Assembly (NCBI RefSeq): GCF_000143415.4
Contig: NW_003314264.1
Span: 2,861,710 to 2,925,709 of the forward strand
Length of the DNA stretch: 64,000 nucleotides
Direction: 5' to 3'
DNA from: Selaginella moellendorffii
Taxonomy: Eukaryota; Plantae; Lycopodiophyta
In this document: positions 24,830 to 37,480 of the stretch, one piece after another
How positions within the stretch are numbered: the stretch's first letter is position 1
How the letters are laid out: each line of letters opens with the position of its first letter
The notes under the pieces: model-generated
What the model was told of the DNA's origin: nothing
Seen by the model: the letters and a program-made list of their open reading frames with translations, nothing else
The model's database searches: none
Program-made: the position numbers and the translations under genes

Positions 24830-27736
24830 AAGGGAAACAGACTTGTTTATAGAATGACAGGCTCGAGAATGGCCCAGGACACAAGTAAGCCCGAGTTGGG
24901 AAGCCAAGAAGATCACTGGATTGGGTTTAAAGATTTTTAAGCGAATACCAGTTTGAAAGCTTGTGCCGTTTACACCTCGTGGACTTCGCTTCGTTATTGC
25001 TAGATGCAAACAGCGCTTGCGTTTGTCTTAACACCATGGTCATTCCTACACTGTAATTTGCTTTATAGAAGCAAACCCTCTCAAACTCGCCTGGTACACG
25101 ACTTCACATTTCACAATCGTCATTGCTACTGGTCCTTGCTGATGCGTAGCTGTCTGAAGTAGAACAACTTAGATTTTGGATCATCCAAAGCTTCCCATGA
25201 AACTTGTAATGCAATGGAACTCATGGAAAGCAGAGAAACTTTCTGAGCTGCAACACCGGGATACTTTCCGAGTTATAGTGGACCCTCAACTATTCAGATT
25301 TATATCTGTTGCTATAATTTTCATCTTCACGAGCTAGCGTCCAATTCTTCAGCTTGCGCAAGAATACGTGGAAAGTAAAGTAATTGCCGTCCCTACCCTT
25401 CCATATTCTAATCAGGAGATTTGACACATCCAATTGATCTTCCCTGATAGGACTCTCAGTCTTGCGAGCGCAGCAGCATTTTGTTGGTCGACAAAAGCGA
25501 TCAAGGCAATTGCGATCCTGGTATCTAGCATTGGAGAGCGCATGTAAATAGACGTTACTTTTCTTTTAGACAAGCAGCAAACATACGTTCAAGAGCTGGC
25601 TTGAGATTTTACTGACACTTGCGAGAAGAGAAGTCGCAAATATCATACCCAGTCCCATCTAATGAACACTCTTGATTTCCACTTCTTCCACCTCTTCTTG
25701 GATTGTGCCTGTACAAGCGAGCTCTGAGGTGGCTAGAGCTCATAAACTTACCGGCTTGTCTATACTTCTCTTTTCTTTTTTTCTAGAGAACCACACCTCA
25801 AGTCAATGGACTTGAGGAAAAGGCCTGGGAAAAAAATTGAATGGGAGAAGGAAAAAAAAGGAAAAACCAATCACTTTGTCTCGTGCTTAAATCTTTCCCG
25901 CACAGCCATAGCCCGCAAGACAGTCCTTATTAGATCTAGATTCGTGAGAGAGAAAGGACCACAAACATTCCAAAGTAGCAGTTTTTGCAGCTCCTTTATG
26001 GTTGACATGCACGTAGGCCTGGCTGGACTGGCAAAAAAATATAAAGTCGAATTAGTGTGAAAGTCTACCTCCTTTCAACTAGCTGGCGACTTTCTCGATG
26101 GAGCTGGAAAGAATGGATTCATCCTGCTTCTTTTCCTGTGTCAGTATCGCTCAAGACTGTTTTTCAGTAAGCTAGACCATGACTTGCAATGAGAAAACAA
26201 CATGCTTAGATCTCGTGACCTGTTCTCCGCCAAAGCGCCACAGGCTGTGGCGGCCATGGCTGGTTGCGCCATGGCAACCATCAAGACGCATTGCAATTCC
26301 AGGGCCAAGCCAAGGCATGGCACCACAGATATTAACACTTGCATCATGTGACACAATTGAGAATGAGGGGATTGCCCAAGGTTTGTGGCAGCTTTTCTTG
26401 TGAATTCTTTTAGATGCTAAGCATGGGGTAGCAGTTCTCGGACTGTCCAGAACGTCCTCACGCCACAGCGGCCATACCACGCCCTTGGAACTCCGGCAAT
26501 GACTAGTCCCAAGCCCAGTCGACCTTTAAGTTCTAATTCTGGTTAGTGTGTTTCTATGTCATAATAATCAAAATGACACATGTTAATATCATCATTCTGA
26601 TAATTAATATCAATCACCATATCCAAATCTCTCGAGAGGGAGGAGATAAGAAACGAGATTAGCTAAAACCTCCACTATACTTTTATGTTTCTTCGAATTG
26701 AAAAATTTGGATTGGGATAATGAACTTTTATGTCTTGATTCTAGTACTTTGGTGACTAAATAAATTGTACATTTGATTTATATTAATAATTAACAATGTG
26801 AATTTACAAATTATACCATAAACACTTAGCATTGTTTGCTTACTTAAGTAAGAGTGCTAATTGTAATAGTTTTGTTGTTTAAAGGTTTTGTAATATTTGA
26901 TTTCATGTAGAAATGATAGAAATGTTGTTCATTATGTATTGCATAGCTTATCAAATTTTATGGTTAGAATTTTCTTATTAAATATAAATATTTTTATTTT
27001 AAAAAAATAATTTATATATACAATCACATATTCATTGTCATAAAATATAAATCAATTGACAAGTTAGGTTAAAATCCATACAAAACTTCCGAAAATAATA
27101 GGGGCAGTTTTAATATTCATAAAAAATAACACTTGAAAAACTTTGAAATAGCACTTTAATAATTACATAAAAATACATAAAATGCCAAAGTAGACCAATC
27201 ATTAGAGAATTTACATCATTTCCAAATAAAACATTAAAATAAAACAAACTCGGGATTTGACAAAGTAATAATATTTAAATATCTATCTTAATTGTCTTAT
27301 TATCTTATCCATATAATACTAAAGGAGCCTGTAATTGGTCGCTGTTCGACTACGGTGCTGAGTTTGACTGCCTTGAGACCGGGATCCAGTGTCTGGATTC
27401 TGGTAGAGAGAGAAAATGAAATATTTTCGCTTAGGCAATTCCAAACAAAAGCCTCTGGGTTCAACTTCTAGAAAAAAAATCCGAGTTGCGAGCTCCTCTA
27501 ACACAAAGAAGTATGCATTTTGTGCATAATTTCGCATAACACCCATACACGCTCTTGGGGCGCTCCGAGTCCTTCCGCCCATGGAAAGAATGTGGCCGAT
27601 TCCATTCCATCCCATCAATAAGACGCCCGAACTTTTGCCATTTTTATAACGCGGGATTTTGGGTTGGAATCAGTTGAGAGAGTTGGAGCTTTTTGAGCTG
27701 CTGACTTCTCCAAATTCTCGACTCTCGAGGCTGAGC

Positions 27737-30248
27737 ATGGGTTGCATCACGCAGCTGGTCCCACAATTTTCTCCATCTTCTTCTTCGTCTTTCTCGTGCT
27801 CGATCCTCCGCCATTCTTCCAAGCCGGTTTCAGGCGGGAAGAGAAATTCTGCCAAGTTGGTCACTGCAAACTCAGCCCCGCGATCGCGATCCTCGTTGCT
27901 GCAAACGCGGAGACAACATAAACAACCCAGGAGGCCTCGCCTGAGAATGGAAGCGAGCGAACATCCAGCAGCAGCTACAGCAGCCTCCCACCAGGAAAAG
28001 CCGAGGAGTTCATCCAGCAACCGGAACGCAAAGCTTGTCATCAATGGAGATGGCGGCCAAGCTAGCCAAGAATCGCCGTCGTCGACCACGACGATCACTG
28101 CTAACATGATGAGCGCATTCCCGTCCTGGGTGCCGGAGGGATCATCGTCGCTGATTGGGAGCGAGAATATGGACAGGGAAGGGCTGGGGATCAAGCATTT
28201 CCTCAAGGACAAAAACATCCTCATCACCGGTGCTACTGGCTTCCTCGCCAAAGGTTCAAACTTCCTGAGCCACTTCTTTAGATTTTTCTCAATTTTTCTT
28301 TTTTTTTTTGTCATAGTTCTCGTGGAGAAGATTCTAAGAACACAACCCGACGTCGGCCATCTCTTCCTCCTCATCAACGCAAAGTCGAGTCAGAGTGCCA
28401 GCGAGAGACTCCGAAAAGAAGTATAGTACAAAAACTTTATTTGTGATGGACGCTCCATTGGTTTTGACATCGTAAATGCAGGTCCAATGCTCGAGGCTAT
28501 TCCAAGTGCTCCAGGACAAGCACGGGGACGAGTACGAAGATTTCATCCAGGCCAAGCTTACTGCGGTCGCCGGGAATGTGGCCAAGGAGGACGTCGGGAT
28601 CGACAAGGATGTTGCGCAAGCTCTGGCCAGCGAAATCGACGTCATAGTAAACTCGGCCGCGACCACCAATTTCATAGAAAGGTAGAGCGATATTTTCCTA
28701 TTTTTCTCTTCTCAAGAGGGGTTATCTCTTCTCTCCAAGGTACGACACTGCTTTGGATATCAACACAAAAGGTCCCTTCCATCTCCTCGAGTTCGCCAAG
28801 AGGTGCCATCGCCTCAAGCTTTTTCTTCACGTATCCACAGGTAAGATAAACAAAAGAAGAAGAAAACAAGGATGATCTTTGTTTTCGCAGCCTATGTCAA
28901 TGGGAAGCGCGTTGGGCGAGCTCTGGAGAAACCGTTTCGAATGGACGAGAGCATTGCGCGGGAGAGCTTGGGCAACGAGAGCGCCCCATTGCTGAGCGTG
29001 GCCCAGGAGATCGAGTCCGTGTGCAAGCTGTCGTCGTTGGCTCCGGCCCACGACAAAGACGAGGTTGCCCAGCAAACCGCCTTCATGAAAGAGCTCGGGC
29101 TCAAGAGGTCGGTCCAATCATAAAACTCCCGACTCTTTTCTTACGTTTCTTTCGCGAAAGCTTTCTAGTTTTGCAAGGCTGACTTAAGTTTTCTGTGCTG
29201 CCCACAGGGCAGCTTTACATGGATGGCAAGACACTTACGTCTTCACAAAAGCCATGGGAGAAATGCTCGTCTGTGAGAACCGCCAAGACGTGCCAGTGGT
29301 GATAGTAAGGCCGACGGTGGTCGAGGGAACTTTCAACCAGCCCTTCTCGGGATGGATGGAAGGCATCCGGTAAGCCTTTCGCTTTTTCCATGTAGAATCC
29401 GTCACACTCTTCCCTCTTCAAGCATGATGGATCCCATACTGCTAACTTACGGCAAAGGTCAGACGTCGAGCTTCTACGTTGATCCAAACGGAGTTCTCGA
29501 CGTGGTAAGTTCGTCCAAGTTCCTACTTTGCTTTGCTGGAAAAACTTGCGTGGAATTTGGCAAGGTTCCCGCGGACATGGTCGTCAACACGATCCTGGCG
29601 AGCATGGCCAAGCACGCAGGCAAGAAAGGCTGCCTCAACGTCTACCAGGTGGGATCATCCGTCGTGAACCCGCTAACGTTTGACAAGCTCGCAAAGTACA
29701 CGTACGAGCACTTTCGATCGCAGCCTTTCGTTGATCAGAAGGGGAACCCCGTCATGATCCCAAAGATGACCTTCATCACCAACAAATACACCTTGTTCCT
29801 CTACAACTACTTGCAGTTCAATCTTCCCGTTCTAGTAAGCCGAGCTCTAGACTCTTCGTTTTTCCATGGATTTTGACGCTGGTTTCTTCGTTTGCTGCCG
29901 CAGATCTCCAGGTTGTTTCCATGGTTCCAACGGGAGGACACTCAAAGACGGCTGAAATACCTCTCGTATGCCTCGCAGAGAGTGAACCAGCTGATCGATA
30001 CGTACGCGGCGTACACATTCTACAAAGGAAGGTGATCTTCGTCTTCTCTTTGCTCGTCTAGCTGAATCGCAGCTCGCAGATTCGACATCTCCAATCTGGA
30101 GAGGCTGTACAAGGAGCTATCGGCCGAGGAGCGCGACGAGTTTGGGTTCGCGGTGTGGAGCATCGATTGGGACAAGTACATAAAAGACGTCCATCTCCCG
30201 GGCCTCAGGAAGTACACGCTCGATGGAAACACCGCGTTTCGTCTATGA
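27737..30248 (+). CDS. MS2: Alcohol-forming fatty acyl-CoA/ACP reductase, MS2/FAR2-like, with putative plastid transit peptide
   Basis: Ser/Arg-rich N-terminal extension, ITGATGFLAK, YVFTKAMGE (YxxxK), and RMMDPILLTYGKGQ..DPNGVLDV|VPADMVVN typical of the MS2 clade. Confidence 0.88.
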
Positions 30249-30308
30249 TCCATCTCCTCTCAATGCTGAATAAAGGATGATTCTTTTGTCCAAATTTTCA
30301 TTCTAAGA

Positions 30309-30324
30309 TTAGGGTTTAGGGTTT
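30309..30324 (+). promoter_or_regulatory. Tandem telo-boxes upstream of Misato
   Basis: TTAGGGTTTAGGGTTT about 10 bp before the ATG at 30335. Confidence 0.5.
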
Positions 30325-30334
30325 ATGCGCAGCG

Positions 30335-32603
30335 ATGCGGGAGATTGCGACTCTACAGATTGGCGCTTACGCGAATTTCGTTGGCGCGCATTTCTGGAAC
30401 TTCCAGGTTCGTGATCGGCTTGCATCGATCTGGGTTCTCGAGAGCTAGCCCTAGGCCGAGCGATGACCTCGGTAGCAAACAGAGGCAGCGTGGTATTCCG
30501 CGAGAGAGGTTTCAACGCGGCGCACGATTTCGTGTGATGGGCTTAGATCGAAGCGGCGGGCGAGTCTTGTTGGTGGAATGTGAAGTCACATTGCATTGAC
30601 GACATGCCTCACATTTGCATCCATTCTTTAGCATTCTTCTTTCGATTTGTTCTTTGTTTCCTTCTCAAGTCTTGTTTGTTTCTTAGGATGAATTGCTTGG
30701 CCTCGCGGCCGACCATGAAGCAGATCCCGTGTTCCAGCGATCGGGCCTGGACATGGACGTGCTCTACCGGACTGGCGAAACTCGTCAGGTAAATCTTTTC
30801 TAGGATTTTCGTCCTGTTGTTTTTCAACTTGATACTTTCGTTTATCTACCAGGGTGTCGCGACCTATACCCCGCGACTGGTAGCGATCGATCTACGAGGT
30901 AATCTCTCTCGTGCTAGACAATGTTGTGTTATTTCTCTATACAGTGTCTATGCAGGAAGCCTAGGAGCTGTGCGCTCGTCTGGGTCGCTTTATGATGAAG
31001 GGCAAGGGGTATTGCATGGAACGCAACTTCATACTTGGTATGAGCTTTGTTTTTTCGCGGACAGGGATGACATTGTTGTAATACAGGACTGGGCCTGTGT
31101 CGTTGCACAAAGAGGAACCGCCGGAAAAGAGTGAATTTTTGAAACGGTTGGAGGCAGAAGAAGCTGGCCAGCAGTCGAACGCAACAGACGAGACGATTGT
31201 GCAGGGGCTCGATGAAAGAGTTCAATCGTGGACGGACTACTCTAAAGTACAGTTACATCCTCGCAGTGTCTACGAGATCGAGGGTGTTTGGAACACAGTG
31301 ACGCCTTTCGACAGCTTTTGCCATGGGAAGGGGTTGTTTACGCAATCCTTTCGCCTTGAAGAGTTCCAAGAGCGCTTCCGGTTTGTCGTCGAAGAATGCG
31401 ATCATTTGCAGGTGCTCTTTAGCTGCAAACGTTTCATGGATAATCACCAGGGTCTTTTCAGGGTGTTCAAGCTCTTGTAGATGATTCTGGAGGCTTTTCG
31501 GGAGTTGCAAGCGACATACTGACAAACTTTGAAGACGAGTACGGGGGCATACCTTTCATGCTCTTCACGGTTCGGCCTCCCGAGGAGGAACCGCGTCCTG
31601 TCGTACGCTCGCTCCATGATGCTTTTTCGTTTGCGTCTTTATCATCGATTGGAGACATCGTCGTTCCTCTTGGTCTTCCTCAGCTATCTCGAAGTAAGTA
31701 TCAAGGGATGCTTATTTCTTGCGCTTAACATTTTTTGTGTTCTTCAGGTGCGTTTGCGAGACACTTGACGATTGACGATGCAAAGGTTTTCCAGACAAGC
31801 GCTGTTTATGCGGGAGCTTTACATAATGCGACTCTTCCGTTCAGGATGCTGGCTTCCTCTACACAGGCTGGAGGCTGTGATATGGGAGTTCTAGTGAAGG
31901 GCCTCACGTACGCCACCAGGAACGTTGCTAATCTATCCGCTGCCTTGCCTTCAGGTATGTCATCGGTTTTTAAGAAAGATCTGCGAGAACCTTTGGTTTT
32001 TTTTCTCTCCGTCTGTAGATGGCATTACAAGAGGCTTGGATTTGTCAGCTCTCACTCCGGAGGTTGCACTAGCTTCTTCACAGGACTACGCTGCAGAAAG
32101 CTATGTCATACAAGGTGCTCGCCTCGCAGGTATGACAAGCTTATAATCTAATAGATCTTTCTGATACGCTGAAAGCAGGATCCAAAGGACTTGCTACTGT
32201 TACCGATGTCATGAAGTCCATTAACTACGAAAAGCAGAAGTTTTCAAGTCACGTCGCTTGTTCGCCATGTCCCTTGCCGGTGCCTCTTCCTTTCCCTTCC
32301 ATCTTTCGCTCTTCAGTCGGCCGATATGGTGATATTATACTCGAAACTTCTCCATCGTCAGCTACGGGAAGGGGTGCCTTGGACGTTTTTAGCGTTCCAG
32401 TCGCTACGAGCTTGCGGACCGATAAGGGGATAGAACCATACTTGAGACGGCGGCTGAGCGATATCGAGCAGCTGGGATTGAAGAGACAGTCTCCTGTGCT
32501 ACAAGGCTGGGATCTGGCAAGAGAAGACGTGGAGGAGTTGAGAGAAGTTCTTGCCAACACTCTTGCGAGGTACGCCGACGAGACTGAGTTTGATTCCTCG
32601 TAA
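30335..32603 (+). CDS. Misato/DML1 tubulin-like protein
   Basis: MREIATLQIGAYANFVGAHFWNFQ|DELLGL..DMDVLYRTGETRQ|GVATYTPRLV, WTDY, EECDHLQ|G and PLPFPSIF. Confidence 0.9.
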
Positions 32604-32648
32604 GTGGATGTAGTCTACAAGTAGTGAGTTGCAAAACTTTGAAAGAGC

Positions 32649-33246
32649 TTATCTTTTCTTCTCTCTTTTGTTCTTACGTTTGAGAGCTTTCTTCTTCCTC
32701 GGAATTTCTAGATCGGGTTTTCTAGCCTCTTCTCGTTGTCTTTTCCTCTGGATTTTCTTTGCTTCTTCGATCGGGACTTTGAACTTTTTGACAGGCTAGA
32801 AGAGTTCCAAAGTTCTCAGTGGGAGAGAAGAAAAAAAAAAAAGAAAAAAACATACCTTGGCTCCTAGTGTCTCTGCTCTTTCCTGTTCCAGTTTCTTCTT
32901 CTCTTTCCAGTTGAGATGTGAATTCCCTGATGTGTAGCAAAACCCGTAAGAAAAGAATCGAGGAAACGATGGAAGCTCCTACCAACAATCCTCTCCACTC
33001 CCCGAAAGATACTGCTCAGATCGAAATCTCGAAGGAAGAGCTCCTCGTTTCCATCTTGCGTGGGAGGCCTCTTGGAAAAAGGGGCCTCCTTGAGCACATC
33101 CGTCGCTTTGGACGACTGCACGCAACCATTTAGAACTCGCGGGCAGCACATTTCGACACAGATACCATGAAAAGCTTGCGATTCCTCCTGTGATCGTCGC
33201 GGCTGCCCCGGCGCCTCGCCGGATCGACGAATTCTACGACCTCCAT
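32649..33246 (-). CDS. Small basic nucleolar-type protein, DUF4602/C1orf131-like; 4 exons, not assembled in the ORF track
   Basis: Three GT-AG introns give an open product MEVVEFVDP..RKLFM|SSKA..FDLSSIFRGVERIVG|NSHLNWKEKKKLEQERAETLGAK|PVKKFKVP..REKKR*. Family recalled from the WKEK..LGAKP.K motif. Confidence 0.7.
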
Positions 33247-33294
33247 ATCGCCCAGAAATTAGGGTTTCCTTGGTTTAGGGTTTATCGCAGAAGG

Positions 33295-34056
33295 ATGGGG
33301 AAGAAGAAGGGCGCGGCGTGCGCGCACCCCAGGAAGCGATTCTACCGCGCTCGCGCCCACAGCAATCCTCTCAGCGACTCGCATTTCCCAGTTCCAGTGA
33401 GCCCCGCGCACTGCGACTGGACGGAGCACTTTCCTGTTCTAGCCGCGGCGGGCGATGGATCTGCATCAGGGCAGCAGCAGCAGCAAGTTCCCAAGGTCCG
33501 ATTTGCGGACGTGGGGTGTGGATTTGGGGGCCTGCTCGTCCGCCTCTCGGATCTCTACCCGGAGACGCTGATGATCGGGATGGAGCTCCGGGACAAAGTG
33601 ACCGAGTACGTCAAGGAGAGGATCGTGGCGCTGCGCAAGAACAATCCCGGTCGCTACGGGAATATCTCGGTCATCCGGACCAACGCGATGAAGTTCCTGC
33701 CCAATTACTTCGACAAGGGGCAGCTGGAGAAGATGTTCTTCCTCTTCCCGGATCCACACTTCAAGGAGAAGAATCACCGCAGGAGGATCATCAGCCAGGG
33801 ATTGCTGGCCGAGTACGCGTACGTGATGGCCGAGGGGGGGATCCTCTACACCGTCACGGACGTCCAGGAGCTCGGGGAGTGGATGAAATCCAACCTCGAT
33901 GCGCATCCCCTGTTTGAGAGGATCAATCTGGAGGAGCAAAGCAGCGATCCGGTGGTGGAATTTCTAGTGGCGACCTCGGAGGAGGGCCAGAAGGTCGCGA
34001 GGAATCGAGGCGACACGTTCGTCGCTGTGTACCGGAGAGTTCCATCGCCGCCATAG
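33295..34056 (+). CDS. TRM8: tRNA (guanine-N7)-methyltransferase catalytic subunit, intronless
   Basis: PRKRFYRARAHSNPLSD, FADVGCGFGGLL, GMELR, RTNAMKFLPNYF, FPDPHFK, SEEGQKVARN. Confidence 0.95.
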   Translation: MGKKKGAACAHPRKRFYRARAHSNPLSDSHFPVPVSPAHCDWTEHFPVLAAAGDGSASGQQQQQVPKVRFADVGCGFGGLLVRLSDLYPETLMIGMELRDKVTEYVKERIVALRKNNPGRYGNISVIRTNAMKFLPNYFDKGQLEKMFFLFPDPHFKEKNHRRRIISQGLLAEYAYVMAEGGILYTVTDVQELGEWMKSNLDAHPLFERINLEEQSSDPVVEFLVATSEEGQKVARNRGDTFVAVYRRVPSPP

Positions 34057-34180
34057 CCGGAAGCATATTCCCCATTTGATGCTTCTTTCGTTTTGTTAAA
34101 GGATAAAAAGTGCTCCCTATTTTTTGGGTTTCTAGGGTTCTAAGGGTTTAGGGTTTGCTAGTTTTCCTGGGCGGGAGATT

Positions 34181-35527
34181 ATGCCGCAGCCAAAGAAGCA
34201 GGGATCGCCGGATGTGGCATCGTCTCCTCCCACCGGGGCTAGGGTGCGTGATCGCTGTGGCCGCGTTTTCTTTGTCTGATGGATTAAATTTTCCTTGGCA
34301 GTCGCCCGGTGCTGCTACGGAGCAATCGGCTCAGAGAAATGGCTCTTCCGAGGGGAGGAAAATCTCCTCCGAGGACATCCAACTGGTAAGTTTCTCAAAG
34401 CTAGATCACGTATCGATCGAGAGTGTGGGTTTCCTTTTCTTTCTTCACAGGTCCAGAATCTTATAGAGCGGTGCTTGCTACTTTACATGAATCGAAAGGA
34501 GGTTGTACACACTCTCCACGCCCAAGCAAAAGTGGAACCTGGTTTCACGAGCCTTGGTAAGCTCAAAGCCGTGCACAACGTGAGAGAAAAAAACTCCTCT
34601 TTTTTGTTTTTTTTTTCTTTTTCTGTGTTCTTTCCCTCTTTACAGTCTGGATGAAACTAGAAGAACAAAACCCCGACTTCTTCAAAGCATACTACACTAG
34701 GTTGAAATTGAAGCTGCACATTGCGACTTTTAATCATTTGTTGGACCAACAGGCCGAGCTGAGGAGGAAACTGGGTCTGCTTCCTCAAGTTTATCCATCA
34801 CAAGGTGGCTTTCCTCATATATCTGCGAACTCAGTCTAAAGTTTGTTCTTTCCTCTCCAGTTTCTCAGATGATACCAACGCAGCCATCACACTTAAGACA
34901 CCCGGCCTCGCAAAACTTAGAACATTCGACACACAGGTGAGCAATGCCAGCTCCATCCTGATACTGCGGTTGCTAAACTCGAGCTTGAATGGAAGGGATT
35001 CATCGGCTATGGAGCTGGCTACTGCTCCCGGCGAGCTCAACTCTACGGCAGACGTTCTCTTCTCTTTTGGGACATCGGCGGAGCTGCCAGGCATGGGGCT
35101 CGACTCCAGCTTTGTGCACCAAGAGCCACAGCCCATGGAAAGCTTGCAAAGCGATGGAGATGGAATGAGCACCCGAGACTCTCTCTCGTCGCTCTCTCAG
35201 TTGCCACGGAACTTTAGCTTGTCGGACTTGACAGCCGACTTGGGACCGAACAGCCGGTTTCCCAGGAACTTCAGTCTATCGGATCTTACGGCTGATTTAG
35301 GAGCGGGTAAGATTATCTTGTTCTCTTGAAACATAACTTTGGGGAGCTTTTACGTCGCAGATTTTGGAGCTCTAGGAAACTACACTTCACCATTTGTCTC
35401 GGACGAAGCTTATCTTCACTCTCCAAAGAGTGGGGGCTTCGGTAAGATTTTTTTGTGAGTGTGTTTTTTTTTCCTCTAATTTTCTGTGACGACAGACGAA
35501 GAACCAATGCTGGAATTTGGAGATTGA
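34181..35527 (+). CDS. Plant TIGR01589 (A_thal_3526) family protein
   Basis: DIQL|VQNLIERCL..YMN..EVV..L...AKVEPGFTSL|VW.KLEEQNPDFFKAYY.RL and the C-terminal PRNFSLSDLTAD motif. Confidence 0.85.
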
Positions 35528-35738
35528 TTCTTACTCTTGAATTGTACGAATGTAACATGTGTAGACCATATCATCCACCACAATTCCTGGTTTGTATAGA
35601 AAGGTTTGATTTTTTTTGTTCTCTAGAATATGCGTCTTCGCGCTCTCGCTTGAGAAGAAATTTTAGGGCTTCTTTCGCCCGGAGAGACGAGATCCTCCCG
35701 CTCTTTTTTCCAGCAATGTCGTTAGGGATTTTGTGGCG

Positions 35739-37480
35739 ATGGAGGTGGTGAGTAGTTCCGAGAGCCCGACTTCGTCCGCGAGTACGTCCACAGCCGCGAC
35801 GGCGTCTCTGCCGCCATCGTTGAAATCCAGGCGGCCGAAATGTGAGTAGTGGTGAAGTACAGAGATCACAATGTTTCTTTTGTTTTTTATTTTGTTCTTT
35901 CTTCTAGATTCTAGATTCACGCAGCAAGAGCTTCCAGCTTGCAAGCCCATGCTCACGACAGGATGGGTAAGAGCCCCTAGACTTAAATCTCGTCCTCTTT
36001 GGTGGAATTATAATCTGGTTCTTGTGTTTCTTCTTCGTTTCTCCATTTCTCGAATTCCTGGCTGATTTCTTCATTTTTTTTCTTGTCTTACAGGTGATAT
36101 CGATTTTCATGGCTGTTGGTGTACTGTTTATTCCACTTGGAGCCTGCGCTTTGAATTCGTCCAAGAAGGTGAGATATATAGCTCAGTCTCCTTAGAAAAA
36201 AAAAAGTAGAAGAAAACTACCAGGTTGTGGAGATCGTCGATCAGTACGAGACTGTTTGCATCCCTTCTGCTGGAACAAAAGAAGCACGGGTCCAATACAT
36301 CCAGGACATCTCCACCGCCAAAGCTTGCACTAGACAGCTCCTGGTAGGCCATTTTTTTCTTTGGATGAACACAAGCAGTAATTCACACCTCTTTTTCTTT
36401 TTTGGTTTCGTTTCAAGATCTTTCACTGCCACCGTTGTAGGTCACTAAGAACATGGCCAAGCCGATTTATGTCTACTACGAGCTTCACAACTTCTTCCAA
36501 AACCATCGGAGGTACTTGTCCTTGCCTGAGAAATCCTAGCAGGACTCATTCTTCCCTGCAGATATGTAAAGAGCAGGAGTGATCAGCAGCTTTTATATGG
36601 AAATGCAAGCGAGAGCAGCATGGCCAACTGCGATCCACAGAGGCTCATCGCTGGGAAGCCCATTGTGCCGTGCGGGCTCATCGCCTGGAGCCTGTTCAAC
36701 GATACATACTCGTTCAAGCTCAACAGTGTGGCTCTCGTAATCAACAGGAAGGGCATCGCCTGGGACAGCGATCGCAAAGACAAGTTTGGTGGCAGTGTTT
36801 ATCCTTCCAACTTTCCAAACAATTATCCCGCCGCTACAAACGGTAGCATCATTGGTGGAGCAAGCTTAGATCCCAATACTCCAGTAAGTAACAAACGTGA
36901 AATCTCTCCCTCTCATTCTCGTTTACATACATACTGATGCTAGATTTTTGTTTCTACTCCAGCTAAATGCGAATGAGGATCTCATTGTGTGGATGCGAAC
37001 TGCAGCACTTCCGGTGTTTAGGAAGCTGTGGGGGAAGATTGAGCGCGATCTCTATGCCGGGGACTTGATCACCGTGGACATAAACAACGTCTACAATGTC
37101 TACAGCTTCCACGGTAAGAAGAAGCTGGTCTTGGCAACCACAAGCTGGCTGGGAGGCAAGAACCATTTTCTGGGAATCGCTTATCTCGTTGTTGGTGGCT
37201 TGAGCATTGCGATGGCGATGGTATTTGTAGGAATTCAGATCAAGTGTCCAAGGTATGATCTCGTGGTTTATTGCTTGTGAATGACTCGTTGTTTGGATTC
37301 CAGGCCTCTCGGTGATCCGAGCTACTTGTCATGGAACAAGAACAAGGGTCGCGACTTAAACACGAGTCCATCAGCCACTGGAGTGCACTTTGAGGTTTGC
37401 GGAACTTTCATGTTTTTAGAGGTCAAAGCTCTTTGTTCTTGATTTTCTTCCAGGAGCGGTCGCTTGCAACAGGAAATTGA
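35739..37480 (+). CDS. ALIS: ALA-interacting subunit (CDC50/LEM3 flippase beta subunit)
   Basis: RRPK|YSRFTQQELPACKP, NFFQNHR|RYVKSRSD.QL, PIVPCGLIAWSLFND, EDLIVWMRTAALP, RPLGDPSYLSWN. The last exon is tentative. Confidence 0.92.

Noticed and set aside
24900-26520. Exon/intron-like mosaic on the minus strand
   Set aside because: No open spliced frame or recognisable family could be built.
26540-27330. AT-rich block, possible MITE or Helitron end
   Set aside because: No convincing TIR/TSD or 3' hairpin-CTRR found.
27670-28377. 235-aa antisense ORF over FAR exon 1
   Set aside because: Shadow frame of the conserved plus-strand gene.
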